From an uncultured Bacilli bacterium (lineage in GTDB: Bacteria; Bacillota_I; Bacilli_A; RF39; UBA660), in the NCBI GenBank assembly GCA_947598485.1, contig CANQFJ010000005.1:3387-67386 (forward strand): a DNA stretch of 64,000 nt, written 5' to 3'. Below the pieces are notes generated by a model. It worked only from the letters and a program-made list of their open reading frames with translations, had not been told where the DNA came from and did not search any database. Within the stretch, counting starts at the first letter, position 1. Every line of letters begins with the position of its first letter. Below are positions 26,161 through 37,003 of this stretch, in pieces. The translations under genes and the position numbers were made by a program.

Positions 26161-29100
26161 ATGGGTATAAATCTAGGAGAAATACGGCAAAAAAATTTAA
26201 CAACAGGATCAACTAGCCCAAGATTAAGTGGACAAATTACCACCGGTACCACACCATATAAACAATCTTCAAGTCTCAACAGAAATTCAGCGGATTATAA
26301 GAAAACGGTCCTAGATATAAAAAAGAATCAACTTTCTGAGGCCAACTCTAAATTGAGAAATTATATTTCTGAAAATGTCGATAGTCAATTGAAGACTCCG
26401 GGACAAATAAAAACAAAAAACTATAGTGTTCCATTCCAAAAGCCGGTATCTAAAATAGACCTCGTAGATTCAGCAAAAAAATATGATGAGCAATTGAAAA
26501 ATTTATATTCAACAGAGACATATAAATCCTTAAAAGAAAATGTTGATAAACTGAGTAAAGAAGAAAATTTAGCCTATAGAGAATATAAAAAATCTATAGA
26601 AAAAGATGAATTGCCTTGGTATAAAACCATATTACAAACTCCTGAAGCTTTTAAAGATGGTTATGATTTTGGTGATGTAACTAAAACAGTCTTATCTTCC
26701 GCAGGTGATCTTGCGTTAGAAACCATCGGTGGGATAACATCCTTGGGTGATTCAGGTGCAAAACTTATTGCTAGTGCTGGAGCTCAAATAGGTGATTGGT
26801 TAGGCTTTGATGATTGGGCAGATGAAGTTAGATACAAAGTGGCAGGAAAAAGCGAAAATGTCAATAAATTGCTAAAAAAATGGACACCTTCAGGATGGGT
26901 AGATACTGCTAAAGATGAAGTAAATAAGAATAGTGTATTTGGAAATTCGGTGGATGAAGTAATGCAAGGAGCCGGATATTATGCAGGTATGTTGGCTTTA
27001 CAAAGTGTTGGTGTCCCTTGGGAAGCAACCACTGCGGTAAGTGCTGCCGGTAATGAATTATCAGAAGCTTATGCAAACGATGCTACAGACATTGAGGCTT
27101 GGGTTAGTGCGACAAATTCTGCCGCTTGGGAAGTTGCAAGTGAACTACTTTCTGGTGGTATAAAGTTACCCGGTACAGGTAAAGCTTTAGATGGGGTTTT
27201 TTCTAGTCTAACTGAAAACATAAAAAATAAAACTGCTAAATTCCTTTTAGAAGCTGGCTATCAAATGGGTGGCGAAGGTCTAGAAGAAGTGATTTCAGGA
27301 TTAGGCAGTTCAATTGGGAAAAAATTAACCTATATGAGTGATAAAGATTTTGCTGAGATATATTCTAAAGAGGATGCCTTAAAAGATTTTGTCATAGGTG
27401 GAGCGGTTGCAGGATTGACTAATTCAGTTAACCCAGCTACTTGGCATAATATAAGTTCAGGCAAAAGTTTATTAACAGGTAGAACTTCAGAAGAAGCTAA
27501 GAGTAGAAATGAAACAATACAAAAGCTTTCTACTGAAGCTGAACAAAGCAAAGGTAGAAAGTTAAACCCTAAAGAAAAGGCAGATATAGAGGACTATGTC
27601 GATGGAGTGTTGTTAGATAAGCTTTATTCCTTAAAAAATGACTTAGAGGCAGCAGAAGAGGCCACCGAAAAATCTTCTTTAACAAAGGAAATAGAAGATT
27701 TACAAAATAAGATTACGGAAATTGTTTCAAGTACAAAGTCATTAGATATTTTACAATATCAATTGAGTGGCCAAAATCAAGTATCGCAAAATTCTATAAT
27801 GAATACACAAACTTTTACTACGGGTAATGAGAATGCAATTAACTCTATGTTAGTTCAAAATGGTGTTAAGAATAGCATAGCACCTCAACAAAATGTAAAT
27901 CCATCTAATCAAGTATTTCAATTTACGAAAACAGGAAATACTAAAGTAGATAATTTCTTACAATCTGCAGTAAATAGTCGTTTCAATAATACTAAACAAT
28001 CACAAGATTTTTTAAATAGTTATTCAAAGATAATAAAAGATAAAGGATATAATGTCATATTTGATTCTACAATTAATAAAAATGGCAAAAGTGTAAATGG
28101 TCAAATAACTGCTTTAAAAAACGGAGAAGTAGAAATAAGAATAAATCCTAACTCTAATACTTCTGGAGAGTTCTTAATTGTTCACGAAGTTACACATGCC
28201 GTAGAAAATGAAGGATTAACTGACTTTATTATAAAATATGCCGAACATCACGATGATTTTAAAGCTGCACTTCAAGATAAAATGAATCTTTATGGAACTG
28301 ATCAAGTTACAAGTGAAGTTGTAGCGGATATTTCAGCTCAAGTTCTTGGCAATCAAGAATTTATAAACAGCTTAGTTATGGAAAATACTACTCAATCAAA
28401 AACAATAATTAGAAAGATATATGATTCAATAAAGAGATTGGTAAATACTTTTACAAGTGAGGGCAGATACAAAAATTTTGTTCAAGATTTAGAGCAAAAA
28501 TGGAGAGAGGCGTACAGAACAATTACTCAAGAGCAAGCTGTTAGTAATTTAAATAACGAAACTAAATTTGCAACACAATTTAAAGATATTTTGTTGAGAA
28601 ACAAAAATTTAAATAGTAATTCTAGAATTCCTATTGTAAACTCTAACGAAAAAGTAGTTACTACATCACAGAATTCTATAAGATTACAAAATGATTTTAA
28701 AAATAATGTTAAAACTGGTGTTTATAAAAATAAAGCGACAGGTTATGAAACATCCATCGATTCAGATACAAAAGGAAAAATTTTAAGGCCAAATGGTATT
28801 AAGACTGCTACTACCACACAGGATTATATATTAAGAATGATTAGTGCTAATAATTTACCTACATTGTTTGAAAATGCTGTTTACATTGATACTTTAAAAC
28901 CTATGAAAAATAAAGCAAGCAACCCTAATGAATTGGGATATCATCATTTTTTAGCTCCTATTTATATAGACGGAACTTTTTATAGAGCATTAATAACTGG
29001 TAAAGAAAAACAAAATTCAAAAAAGTTATATTCTTTAAATGTTGAAATTTTGACACAAAAAAATGGAAGTACTCCGTTGGCAAACGCAAATAGCGGATAC

Positions 29101-32100
29101 CAATTAAGTGGAATACTTCCAACTGACATGAGTATATCAGATTTAGTTAAAGGTGTCAATATTTTTAATTATGACACCGGTCAATATCAAACATACAATG
29201 ATACTGACATTAAATATTCTATGCAAGAAAGTGTAAATAATACACAAGATAGTCAAGGTAGAGAGTTATCTAAAAACCAACAAGAATATTTTAAAGATAG
29301 TGTATTAAGAGATGAAAACGGAAATTTACAAGTTTATTACAATGGCGGTGGAGATTACACTTCTTTTGATAATACTAAAATGTCAGACCAAAGCAAGTGG
29401 GGAAAAGGAATATACCTTTCTAAATATCAAGAAGTGAGCCAGTTGTATGGGGATAATATAAAAGAAGTATATGCTAATATTACTAATCCTTTAAGTTCAT
29501 CAGAAAAGACAATATCTTTTGAACAATATAACGATTTATATCAGTCATTATTTGAAGGAGAAGAAGCTTATCAAGAGGAATATGATATGTATTCCAATGA
29601 CTTGGACTTATTATGGGATATTACTGATAAAGGAAATTGGGCAGACTATGCTGATGAGATAAAAAAATACACAGGTAAAGATGGAATCGTTATTAATAGT
29701 GAATCTAAAGCAGATGATATGGCTATTGCTTTTCAATCTAATCAAATAAAAAATGTAGATAATACAAGTCCTACAACTAATAATGATATAAGATATTCTC
29801 AAAACTCCAATAAATGGCAACAATATTTAGAAAAACATTATAAAGCAACAGGTACTAGAACTAATATGAACTCTATTAAAGCTCCAACAAGAAATAAAGG
29901 GCTAGATAATAGTTCTTTTTCTTTTGATCAAAAACAATCTAATAAACCTGTTTCAAATGAACAGGTAAAAGCAAATGATACTCCATTAAATCCAAAGCAA
30001 CGTAGATGGGTTAAAACATCTACTGAAAGTAAAACCATTAAAGGGAAAGTTTTAATAGAAAATTTAGACTATGCTAAAACAAATTATGTTGTTAGAAGTA
30101 ATAAAAGCACATTAGAATCCGCTAATTCTAAATTAGAATCTTTAGGATATGAAGATTCAATATCATATATAAGAAGTAAAATGAGTGACAAAAAAATCGA
30201 TTTAGAAGATATAGCTTTAGCAGAAAGGCTAATTCAAGAATCGATAAAAAATGGAGATGCCAAAACTGCTAGTGACTTAATAATGGATGTAGCTATTTTA
30301 GGTACCGAATTAGGACAAAAAGTACAAGCGTTATCTATAATTCAAAAACTAACTCCAGAAGGGCAACTTGCTATGTATCAAAAAATTGTATCAAGAGCAA
30401 AAGCAAAGGGCGAGAAAGCTTACACGGATGTAAATATTACTCAAGATATGACAGATACCATATTAGGTGCTTATAACGAAGATGGCACTTACGATCAAAA
30501 TGATTTAAATGAAAGAGTAGAAATTTTTAAACAACAAGTTGCAGAACAATTAAAAAGTAGTAAGTCCGAAAAAATTAATGAGTGGAGATATTTAAGCATG
30601 TTAGGTAATCCTAAAACTCATATTAGGAATATGGTCTCTAATTTAGCTATGACAGGCACAATTAAAGTTAAAAATGCAATGGCTAGGACAGGAGAGGCTA
30701 TAGCATCAAAATTGACTACAATTGAAAGAACTAAAACCTGGAAGAAATCAAGCGATACTGTAACAAACTTTGCAAAGCAAACGGCTGAAGAGATGAAAAG
30801 TGTTATTTCTGGTGAAAGTAAATATGGTGAAAAAGCTTCAATAGAGTCTAAAAAACAAGTTTTTAAAAGTAAAACTTTAGAGAGAATCAGTGATTTTAAT
30901 AGTAATGCACTTGAAGCAGAAGATTGGTTTTTTAGCAAAAGAGCATTTCAAAATTCTTTTAGTGAGTATTTAACTGCCAATGGAATAGAAACTCAACAAG
31001 ATATAACCAATAATGCAAAACTTATTGAAAAAGCTAAATTATATGCCGTTGAACAAGCAGAAATAGCTACGTTTAGACAATATAGTAAATTAGCTAGCTT
31101 AATTAATAAATTTGAAAGAAATAACAAAGTGGCGGGACTAGCAATAGGAGCTACTATACCTTTTAAGAAAACACCTATTAATGTAGCTAAAGCAGGTGTT
31201 AACTATTCTCCTATTGGTTTAATAAAAAGCATAAGTTACGATGCTTTTCAGTTACATAAAGGGAATATAAATGCAAGTCAATTTATAGACAATGTTTCTC
31301 AAGGAATGACTGGAACAGCATTAACATTGTTGGGGTATGCTCTTGCAAAAGCAGGCTTTGTATCTGGTGCAGGAGATGATGACAAAGAAGGCAAGATGGA
31401 TTACTATTTAGGCAATCAATCATATTCTTTAAAGTTTGGAAAGACAACATTTCCAATAAGTTGGGTTTCACCTGTTGCCATGCCTTTCTTGGTTGGAGCT
31501 AATGCATATGAAAAATTAGAAAATCAAGAAGAATGGGATGCTAATATTGTTATCGATACATTAGCACAAACTTTAGATCCTTTGAGCGAAATGTCTTTCA
31601 TTTCTAGTTTAACAGATGTACTGCAATCTTATAACCAAGGCTCATTTAAGATGCTTTCATCTATGGGTACAAAAGCAGCACAAAGTTACATTGGACAATT
31701 TTTTCCAACTTTATTTAGCCAAATAGCCGCTACCTTTGATGACACAAAAAGATCAACATCAGCATCTAAGAACAGTTCGTTTAAAGTAGCAGAGGAAACT
31801 GTAAGGCAGATAATGTATAAAATACCTGGTTTAAGGAATATGTTGGAGCCAAGCACTAATATATGGGGTGAAGAACAAAAACAATCGGATAACATATTTG
31901 TAAGAGCGTTTAATAACTTTATAAATCCATCTTCTCCTAAAAGCTATGCACCAACGAAATTAGAAAACGAATTAAAAAGAGTTTATAGAGAAACAGGTGA
32001 CTCTAGTGTTATACCTGGCATTCCTTATGGCAACATAAAATACAAAGGAATAAACTATCAAATGTCGTCTGAAGAATATACAAAATACAAAAAAACTTAT

Positions 32101-32898
32101 GGCCAAAATGCTAAACAAAAACTAACAGCATTGATAGATAATGATGATTATAAGAAAGCAACTGATGAACAAAAAGCTAAAATGATAGATCAGGTATTTG
32201 ATTTTTCAAAAGCTATTGCTAATGAGGAATACTTTAAATCAATTAAAATCGACTTTTCTAGTGACAATCTAAAAACGATAAAGGAATTGAAAGAGTTAGG
32301 CTTTAGCGACAAAACTATTATTGATTATACTGCAAAATATGCGATTATTAATTCAATTAAGCAAGACAAAACTTTGACAAGCGAGCAAAAGCAAAAGAAT
32401 ATTGCAAGTGAATTAATAAATAGCAACTTTAATAATAAAGAACTAGCATATATGTATGATAAAGCAGGCTACTCTAAAAAAGAAAAATTAGATGCATTAA
32501 TAACTATGAACATTCCTATTAAAGAATTTATAAAATTGGATAGTTCAGATATTAGCAGTGACTACGATACAAGTACAGGCAAGGCTATAACTAATTCTAA
32601 GAAAAATAAATACATTAAATATGTGGATAGTTTAAAGCTTTCTACACCTCAAAAAGCTATTTTAATAAAAATGCAATATAACTCATATAACAATTACAAT
32701 GATCAAATTGTAAAATACATAGATAGCTTAAAAGAGACAATAAATGATAAAAAAATATTGCTTACTAGGATAGGATTTGATGATTACAGAAAAGAGGTTA
32801 TTAATTATGTGATGTCGAAATACAAAAATCCAGAAGAAAGAATTGAAATGTTGAAACAACTAGGATACACAATTAGAAACGGAAGGGTGTATTGGTAA
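26161..32898 (+). CDS. giant 2245-aa multidomain virion protein with zincin HExxH motif and glycine-rich hydrophobic segments (polyvalent-protein-like / ejection protein)
   Basis: Uninterrupted ORF with RBS AGAGGAGG. HEVTH at nt 28183-28197. Hydrophobic G/A-rich stretches at about 26950-27450 and 31300-31510. Several distinct globular regions. Confidence 0.8.
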   Translation: MGINLGEIRQKNLTTGSTSPRLSGQITTGTTPYKQSSSLNRNSADYKKTVLDIKKNQLSEANSKLRNYISENVDSQLKTPGQIKTKNYSVPFQKPVSKIDLVDSAKKYDEQLKNLYSTETYKSLKENVDKLSKEENLAYREYKKSIEKDELPWYKTILQTPEAFKDGYDFGDVTKTVLSSAGDLALETIGGITSLGDSGAKLIASAGAQIGDWLGFDDWADEVRYKVAGKSENVNKLLKKWTPSGWVDTAKDEVNKNSVFGNSVDEVMQGAGYYAGMLALQSVGVPWEATTAVSAAGNELSEAYANDATDIEAWVSATNSAAWEVASELLSGGIKLPGTGKALDGVFSSLTENIKNKTAKFLLEAGYQMGGEGLEEVISGLGSSIGKKLTYMSDKDFAEIYSKEDALKDFVIGGAVAGLTNSVNPATWHNISSGKSLLTGRTSEEAKSRNETIQKLSTEAEQSKGRKLNPKEKADIEDYVDGVLLDKLYSLKNDLEAAEEATEKSSLTKEIEDLQNKITEIVSSTKSLDILQYQLSGQNQVSQNSIMNTQTFTTGNENAINSMLVQNGVKNSIAPQQNVNPSNQVFQFTKTGNTKVDNFLQSAVNSRFNNTKQSQDFLNSYSKIIKDKGYNVIFDSTINKNGKSVNGQITALKNGEVEIRINPNSNTSGEFLIVHEVTHAVENEGLTDFIIKYAEHHDDFKAALQDKMNLYGTDQVTSEVVADISAQVLGNQEFINSLVMENTTQSKTIIRKIYDSIKRLVNTFTSEGRYKNFVQDLEQKWREAYRTITQEQAVSNLNNETKFATQFKDILLRNKNLNSNSRIPIVNSNEKVVTTSQNSIRLQNDFKNNVKTGVYKNKATGYETSIDSDTKGKILRPNGIKTATTTQDYILRMISANNLPTLFENAVYIDTLKPMKNKASNPNELGYHHFLAPIYIDGTFYRALITGKEKQNSKKLYSLNVEILTQKNGSTPLANANSGYQLSGILPTDMSISDLVKGVNIFNYDTGQYQTYNDTDIKYSMQESVNNTQDSQGRELSKNQQEYFKDSVLRDENGNLQVYYNGGGDYTSFDNTKMSDQSKWGKGIYLSKYQEVSQLYGDNIKEVYANITNPLSSSEKTISFEQYNDLYQSLFEGEEAYQEEYDMYSNDLDLLWDITDKGNWADYADEIKKYTGKDGIVINSESKADDMAIAFQSNQIKNVDNTSPTTNNDIRYSQNSNKWQQYLEKHYKATGTRTNMNSIKAPTRNKGLDNSSFSFDQKQSNKPVSNEQVKANDTPLNPKQRRWVKTSTESKTIKGKVLIENLDYAKTNYVVRSNKSTLESANSKLESLGYEDSISYIRSKMSDKKIDLEDIALAERLIQESIKNGDAKTASDLIMDVAILGTELGQKVQALSIIQKLTPEGQLAMYQKIVSRAKAKGEKAYTDVNITQDMTDTILGAYNEDGTYDQNDLNERVEIFKQQVAEQLKSSKSEKINEWRYLSMLGNPKTHIRNMVSNLAMTGTIKVKNAMARTGEAIASKLTTIERTKTWKKSSDTVTNFAKQTAEEMKSVISGESKYGEKASIESKKQVFKSKTLERISDFNSNALEAEDWFFSKRAFQNSFSEYLTANGIETQQDITNNAKLIEKAKLYAVEQAEIATFRQYSKLASLINKFERNNKVAGLAIGATIPFKKTPINVAKAGVNYSPIGLIKSISYDAFQLHKGNINASQFIDNVSQGMTGTALTLLGYALAKAGFVSGAGDDDKEGKMDYYLGNQSYSLKFGKTTFPISWVSPVAMPFLVGANAYEKLENQEEWDANIVIDTLAQTLDPLSEMSFISSLTDVLQSYNQGSFKMLSSMGTKAAQSYIGQFFPTLFSQIAATFDDTKRSTSASKNSSFKVAEETVRQIMYKIPGLRNMLEPSTNIWGEEQKQSDNIFVRAFNNFINPSSPKSYAPTKLENELKRVYRETGDSSVIPGIPYGNIKYKGINYQMSSEEYTKYKKTYGQNAKQKLTALIDNDDYKKATDEQKAKMIDQVFDFSKAIANEEYFKSIKIDFSSDNLKTIKELKELGFSDKTIIDYTAKYAIINSIKQDKTLTSEQKQKNIASELINSNFNNKELAYMYDKAGYSKKEKLDALITMNIPIKEFIKLDSSDISSDYDTSTGKAITNSKKNKYIKYVDSLKLSTPQKAILIKMQYNSYNNYNDQIVKYIDSLKETINDKKILLTRIGFDDYRKEVINYVMSKYKNPEERIEMLKQLGYTIRNGRVYW

Positions 32899-34376
32899 TG
32901 AATCAAGACAAAACAAGAGCAGTAACTCTTGAAGACTTAATAAGAAGATATGATCTAGAAAATTTAAAAGCTGAAAGAAAAGTCATTAAAACAATGGCTA
33001 CTACAATCGAAAATCAGCATACGATAATAAAACAATTTGTAAAAAATGTTTCAAAGTACACAAAAGACCAGGCTAAATTAACGGCTTGGTTTTTTAGTGG
33101 TGTACCATCACTTGAAAATGAGCCATTTTTAAGCCTTTCAGAAGAAGAAAAACAAAATGTGGAACATTTATACTATGACCGAGAAACTGGGCTTGTGTAC
33201 CACCTAGAAAATGACGGAGAGTATAAATGGACTGTTATCGATGACGATAGCTTAACTCAATCAATGGCAATAGCTAATTCTGATCCTGATTCGCAAGATA
33301 ATAAAAGAAATGTTTTCTATGAACAGCCAACTCCTCCTTATGCGGTTGGAGATATATGGATTGATAATAACATTATTATGCGTTGTCGATGTTCCAGAGA
33401 TGGTGACGAGTTTAAAGACACTGAATGGGTAGAGCAAAAGAACTATTCGGAATCTAATGTACTATTAGATGTGAGAGCAGTTATAGATAGCTTTATTGAA
33501 AATGTTGAAAAGAATTATGTTACAACCTCAAAGCTCGAAACAACTAAAAGTTCTATTGAAGCAGAGGTTAAAGCAAAACTTGAGGGTGTATCAGATGAAG
33601 AAGGCTTTGTAACAGTTGCTAGTTTGATTTTAGCAATTAATGGTGCTGAGTCGTCCGCTAAGATTATGGCTGATAAAATCGCTTTAACTGCTACTGATAT
33701 TCTAGACCTAATTGCGGGCAATGAAATTAACCTTACCAGTAGAAATATCACAATAAAATCAGATAATTTTAGTGTAACCAAAGATGGGGTAGTAACCACT
33801 AATAAACTTAAAGCAACAAATGCTGAGATAATTGGAAAAATAAAAGGTTCAACATTTACTGGTGATAAGGAAAATGTAGTATTACAAATTGGAAGCGACT
33901 CAAATGGAGATTTAAAAGAAGATAATTCTTTACAATTAGTAAAAAAACAAGATAACAGTCTAATAATTGGTTTTTATTTTAGAACATGGACTTCTAATAA
34001 TAAGGTGGTTTATATAGATTCATCGACTAATAAATATTGTTTCTTTAATGATGCTGAAGTTTCTGCCGGCAGATTTAGAATATCTAAAGAACCAGCTAAC
34101 GCAGATGATGCAATGAGAATACAGGATTTCAATACTCAATTGTCCAAACACATCCAAACTGGAACCTGTCAACTTAATCAAGTTGATAATACAGTATATT
34201 TTCCAACATCGTTTAACAGCCCACCGAAGGTGCTTTTGCAGTGTACTGAAGGATATGGTGACGACATGTATGCTGCACATATAGTTTCAGTAACAACTAC
34301 TTATTTTCAAGCCTATGTGCCAGTAAAAGGGTTAAACGAATATAAAAACTTTTATTGGGTTGCAATAGCTGAATAG
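32898..34376 (+). CDS. tail fibre/spike protein with C-terminal H-type-lectin-like domain
   Basis: ATG overlaps the giant ORF stop (TAATG). The C-terminal VYFPTSFNSPPKVLLQCTEGYGDD...VSVTTTYFQAYV resembles the H-type lectin pattern. Confidence 0.5.
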   Translation: MNQDKTRAVTLEDLIRRYDLENLKAERKVIKTMATTIENQHTIIKQFVKNVSKYTKDQAKLTAWFFSGVPSLENEPFLSLSEEEKQNVEHLYYDRETGLVYHLENDGEYKWTVIDDDSLTQSMAIANSDPDSQDNKRNVFYEQPTPPYAVGDIWIDNNIIMRCRCSRDGDEFKDTEWVEQKNYSESNVLLDVRAVIDSFIENVEKNYVTTSKLETTKSSIEAEVKAKLEGVSDEEGFVTVASLILAINGAESSAKIMADKIALTATDILDLIAGNEINLTSRNITIKSDNFSVTKDGVVTTNKLKATNAEIIGKIKGSTFTGDKENVVLQIGSDSNGDLKEDNSLQLVKKQDNSLIIGFYFRTWTSNNKVVYIDSSTNKYCFFNDAEVSAGRFRISKEPANADDAMRIQDFNTQLSKHIQTGTCQLNQVDNTVYFPTSFNSPPKVLLQCTEGYGDDMYAAHIVSVTTTYFQAYVPVKGLNEYKNFYWVAIAE

Positions 34377-34388
34377 GAAGGAGAAAAA

Positions 34389-34676
34389 ATGATAGTAATA
34401 AAATTTATTAAAGACTATTGGACACAAATAGTCTTTTTATTTGGTCTATTTTCAGCTTTTTATGGTCAATATAAAGCCTCTAAGAAAGCGACCTTATGTA
34501 GTTTAAGAAATGATATTTTAGAAATTTATGACAAATGCAAGGCTTCTAAGACAATATCATGCTTTCAAATGGAGAGCTACATAGATAGCAGAGACTTATA
34601 TTTTAAACTTGGCGGAGATGGATTTATTCATAAGCTTGATGACATCATTACTAATGAATTTAAAGTTGTAGATTAG
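34389..34676 (+). CDS. small N-terminally membrane-anchored protein
   Basis: 95 aa with RBS AAGGAG and one N-terminal TM helix. Confidence 0.4.
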   Translation: MIVIKFIKDYWTQIVFLFGLFSAFYGQYKASKKATLCSLRNDILEIYDKCKASKTISCFQMESYIDSRDLYFKLGGDGFIHKLDDIITNEFKVVD

Positions 34677-34688
34677 AAAGGAGTAATA

Positions 34689-37001
34689 ATGAACGAAATA
34701 AAATTAAAAGTAAATTTTGAAAAGCGAACTCTCACAAAAATAGGAGTCGATTTAACAGTTAATGATTATAACTCTACAAAACTAGTTTTTGAATTCGATA
34801 AACCAGAAGGCACAAAAGTTTTTGAAATGACTAATCCTTCTGGTGAATTGATTCTTTTACAAACAATAGAAAATAACGAGGTAATTTTAACAGGCAAAAC
34901 GGAAGAGGGAAAAGATGCATCACTTTTTACCGAAGAAGGACAATATATCTTCGAAATAAGCTTATATGATGGAGATAGTAAACTTACTTCTGCAAGTGGA
35001 AAGTTAAGAGTAAAAGCTGAACAGGTCCAGGTAAACGGTGAGGTAGTAACTCAATACCTCCCAATGTTTGATGAACTGTTATCAAAAGTTAGAGAATCAG
35101 TTCAAGAAGTAAATACTTTAAAAGAAAAAGTAATCGAAGATGTAACAACATTAAAAAATAATGTAGTCGAAGAAGTAAATACATTAAAAGATAATGTTAC
35201 AAAAGATGTAAACGAACTTAAGGATACAACAATTAAAGATTGCGCCTCAGCAAGTGAAAATGCTAATGAAATGGCTAACAAAGCCTCACAAGCAGCAGAA
35301 GGAGCGGAAAGCGCTACTGCATCCGCCAATGATGCCATAAGGCAAATGGAAAACATAGATATTACTGTTGATAAAGTAGATACAACTTCCACTGTCACAA
35401 TCACTGACAAACAAGGTCAGTCAAAATCAGTTGAGATTCTAGATGGAAAAGTTGGTCCCATTGGTCCTCAAGGGATTCAAGGCAATGTAGGTCCAACAGG
35501 CCCGGCACCAATTTTAGACATAGGAAATGTCGAAACAACTCTTCCAAGTGAAAATGCTAAAGTTACCATATCTGGTGGAGAAGGCAAGTATACACTTAAT
35601 TTTTCGATACCACAAGGAATACAAGGTGAAAGAGGAGAAATTGGACCACAAGGGCCTAAAGGCGACCAAGGTTTAGTAGGGCCTCAAGGAGATACTGGCC
35701 CACAAGGCCCACAAGGATTAACAGGTAATGAAGGACCTGTTGGACCACAAGGTGAAAGAGGGTTACAAGGAGATAAAGGAGAAAAAGGGGACAAGGGAGA
35801 TCCTTTTACTTATGATATGTTTACTCCTGAACAATTAGAACTCCTAAAAGGCCCTAAAGGAGATATGGGTGAAACAGGTCCAAAGGGAGATGCAGGTAGT
35901 GCGTTTACTTATGACATGTTTACTGAGGAACAATTAAAAGCTTTAACCGGCCCACAAGGACCTCAAGGTGAACCTGGCGCAACTGGTGTGCAAGGGCCTG
36001 TCGGACCAGAGGGACCAAGGGGTGAACAAGGCCTTCCAGGAGAAGTTGGACCACGAGGAGAAAAAGGAGACGCCTTTACTTATGCAGACTTCACACCTGA
36101 GCAGTTAGAAGCTCTTAAGGGTCCAAAAGGCGACAGAGGTGAAGAGGGCCCACAAGGACCCACTGGACTTCAAGGACCGACTGGCAACCCTGGGGCGGAT
36201 GGAGCACCTGGTAAAGATGGCGTTAGTCCTACAATTTCTACCGAAGATATAGAAAATGGCACAAAAGTCACAATAGTTGATGCTCTAGGCTCAAAAGACT
36301 TTACAGTATTAAATGGTAAAGATGGCGCTCCTGGACCTCAAGGACCTGAAGGACCAGTTCCTAAAAAGGTTTCAGAGTTTGAAAATGATGCAAAATATGT
36401 TGATGAAGATTATGTAAAAGGCTTATCTACAAATCCAATTACCTCAGGTTTATGGACACACGAAGGATTGCCTGGAACTACTGATGCAGTATTGAAAATT
36501 AGGTGTAATAATGACTATCTTTTAGCAGGCGGTGATGTTGCTTCTAATTTCCGTGTTTGGAATAAAGCAGTTGTATTTGCAGAACAACCTATATTTGAAA
36601 AAGGATTTCAATTACAAGGTGTGCAAAGTGAATTAAAAGGTAACATGAGTAGATTGTGGGACTTTCAATATGTCGATGCAACTTCCCCTTGGGCTCCCCA
36701 CTGTGGAGTATTTACAGGCTCAGATTTTAATGATGGTTCTATAACGGATACTAATCATAATTTCGTATGTATAAATACGCAAGTAGATCGAGTAGGTAAT
36801 CCTAATACTCGTTGGTCTTACCAAGCTTTTGATAAAGATGCTGAGGAAAATCTAACTCGTAATTTCGGTGTTAGATGCGATGGTGTTCTTTTCACAAATG
36901 GCAATGTAGTTCCTGCATTTATAGAAGCCCGTAGCGAAGCTGAATTAAAAAGCTTAAGTGCATCTAATCCAAATGCCGTTTACTACACTGCAGAGGAATA
37001 A
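34689..37001 (+). CDS. collagen-like tail fibre
   Basis: 770 aa. Long G-X-Y tracts ([17 protein letters not shown]...) with three conserved FTY.(M/D)FT.EQL..L.GP.G interruptions, an N-terminal 11-residue-type repeats and a globular C-terminus. Confidence 0.8.
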   Translation: MNEIKLKVNFEKRTLTKIGVDLTVNDYNSTKLVFEFDKPEGTKVFEMTNPSGELILLQTIENNEVILTGKTEEGKDASLFTEEGQYIFEISLYDGDSKLTSASGKLRVKAEQVQVNGEVVTQYLPMFDELLSKVRESVQEVNTLKEKVIEDVTTLKNNVVEEVNTLKDNVTKDVNELKDTTIKDCASASENANEMANKASQAAEGAESATASANDAIRQMENIDITVDKVDTTSTVTITDKQGQSKSVEILDGKVGPIGPQGIQGNVGPTGPAPILDIGNVETTLPSENAKVTISGGEGKYTLNFSIPQGIQGERGEIGPQGPKGDQGLVGPQGDTGPQGPQGLTGNEGPVGPQGERGLQGDKGEKGDKGDPFTYDMFTPEQLELLKGPKGDMGETGPKGDAGSAFTYDMFTEEQLKALTGPQGPQGEPGATGVQGPVGPEGPRGEQGLPGEVGPRGEKGDAFTYADFTPEQLEALKGPKGDRGEEGPQGPTGLQGPTGNPGADGAPGKDGVSPTISTEDIENGTKVTIVDALGSKDFTVLNGKDGAPGPQGPEGPVPKKVSEFENDAKYVDEDYVKGLSTNPITSGLWTHEGLPGTTDAVLKIRCNNDYLLAGGDVASNFRVWNKAVVFAEQPIFEKGFQLQGVQSELKGNMSRLWDFQYVDATSPWAPHCGVFTGSDFNDGSITDTNHNFVCINTQVDRVGNPNTRWSYQAFDKDAEENLTRNFGVRCDGVLFTNGNVVPAFIEARSEAELKSLSASNPNAVYYTAEE

Positions 37002-37003
37002 TT

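Noticed and set aside
26161-32898. The giant ORF as a siphovirus tape-measure protein.
   Set aside because: No tail tube gene and no chaperone pair with a -1 slippery site precede it. Instead it is preceded by 592-aa and 374-aa proteins. It also contains several globular, enzyme-like regions rather than mainly helical repeats. The possibility is not fully excluded without profile searches.
35440-36370. Periodic 9-bp DNA repeats as a VNTR or non-coding satellite.
   Set aside because: They are in frame and encode G-X-Y collagen triplets inside a 770-aa ORF with a good SD.
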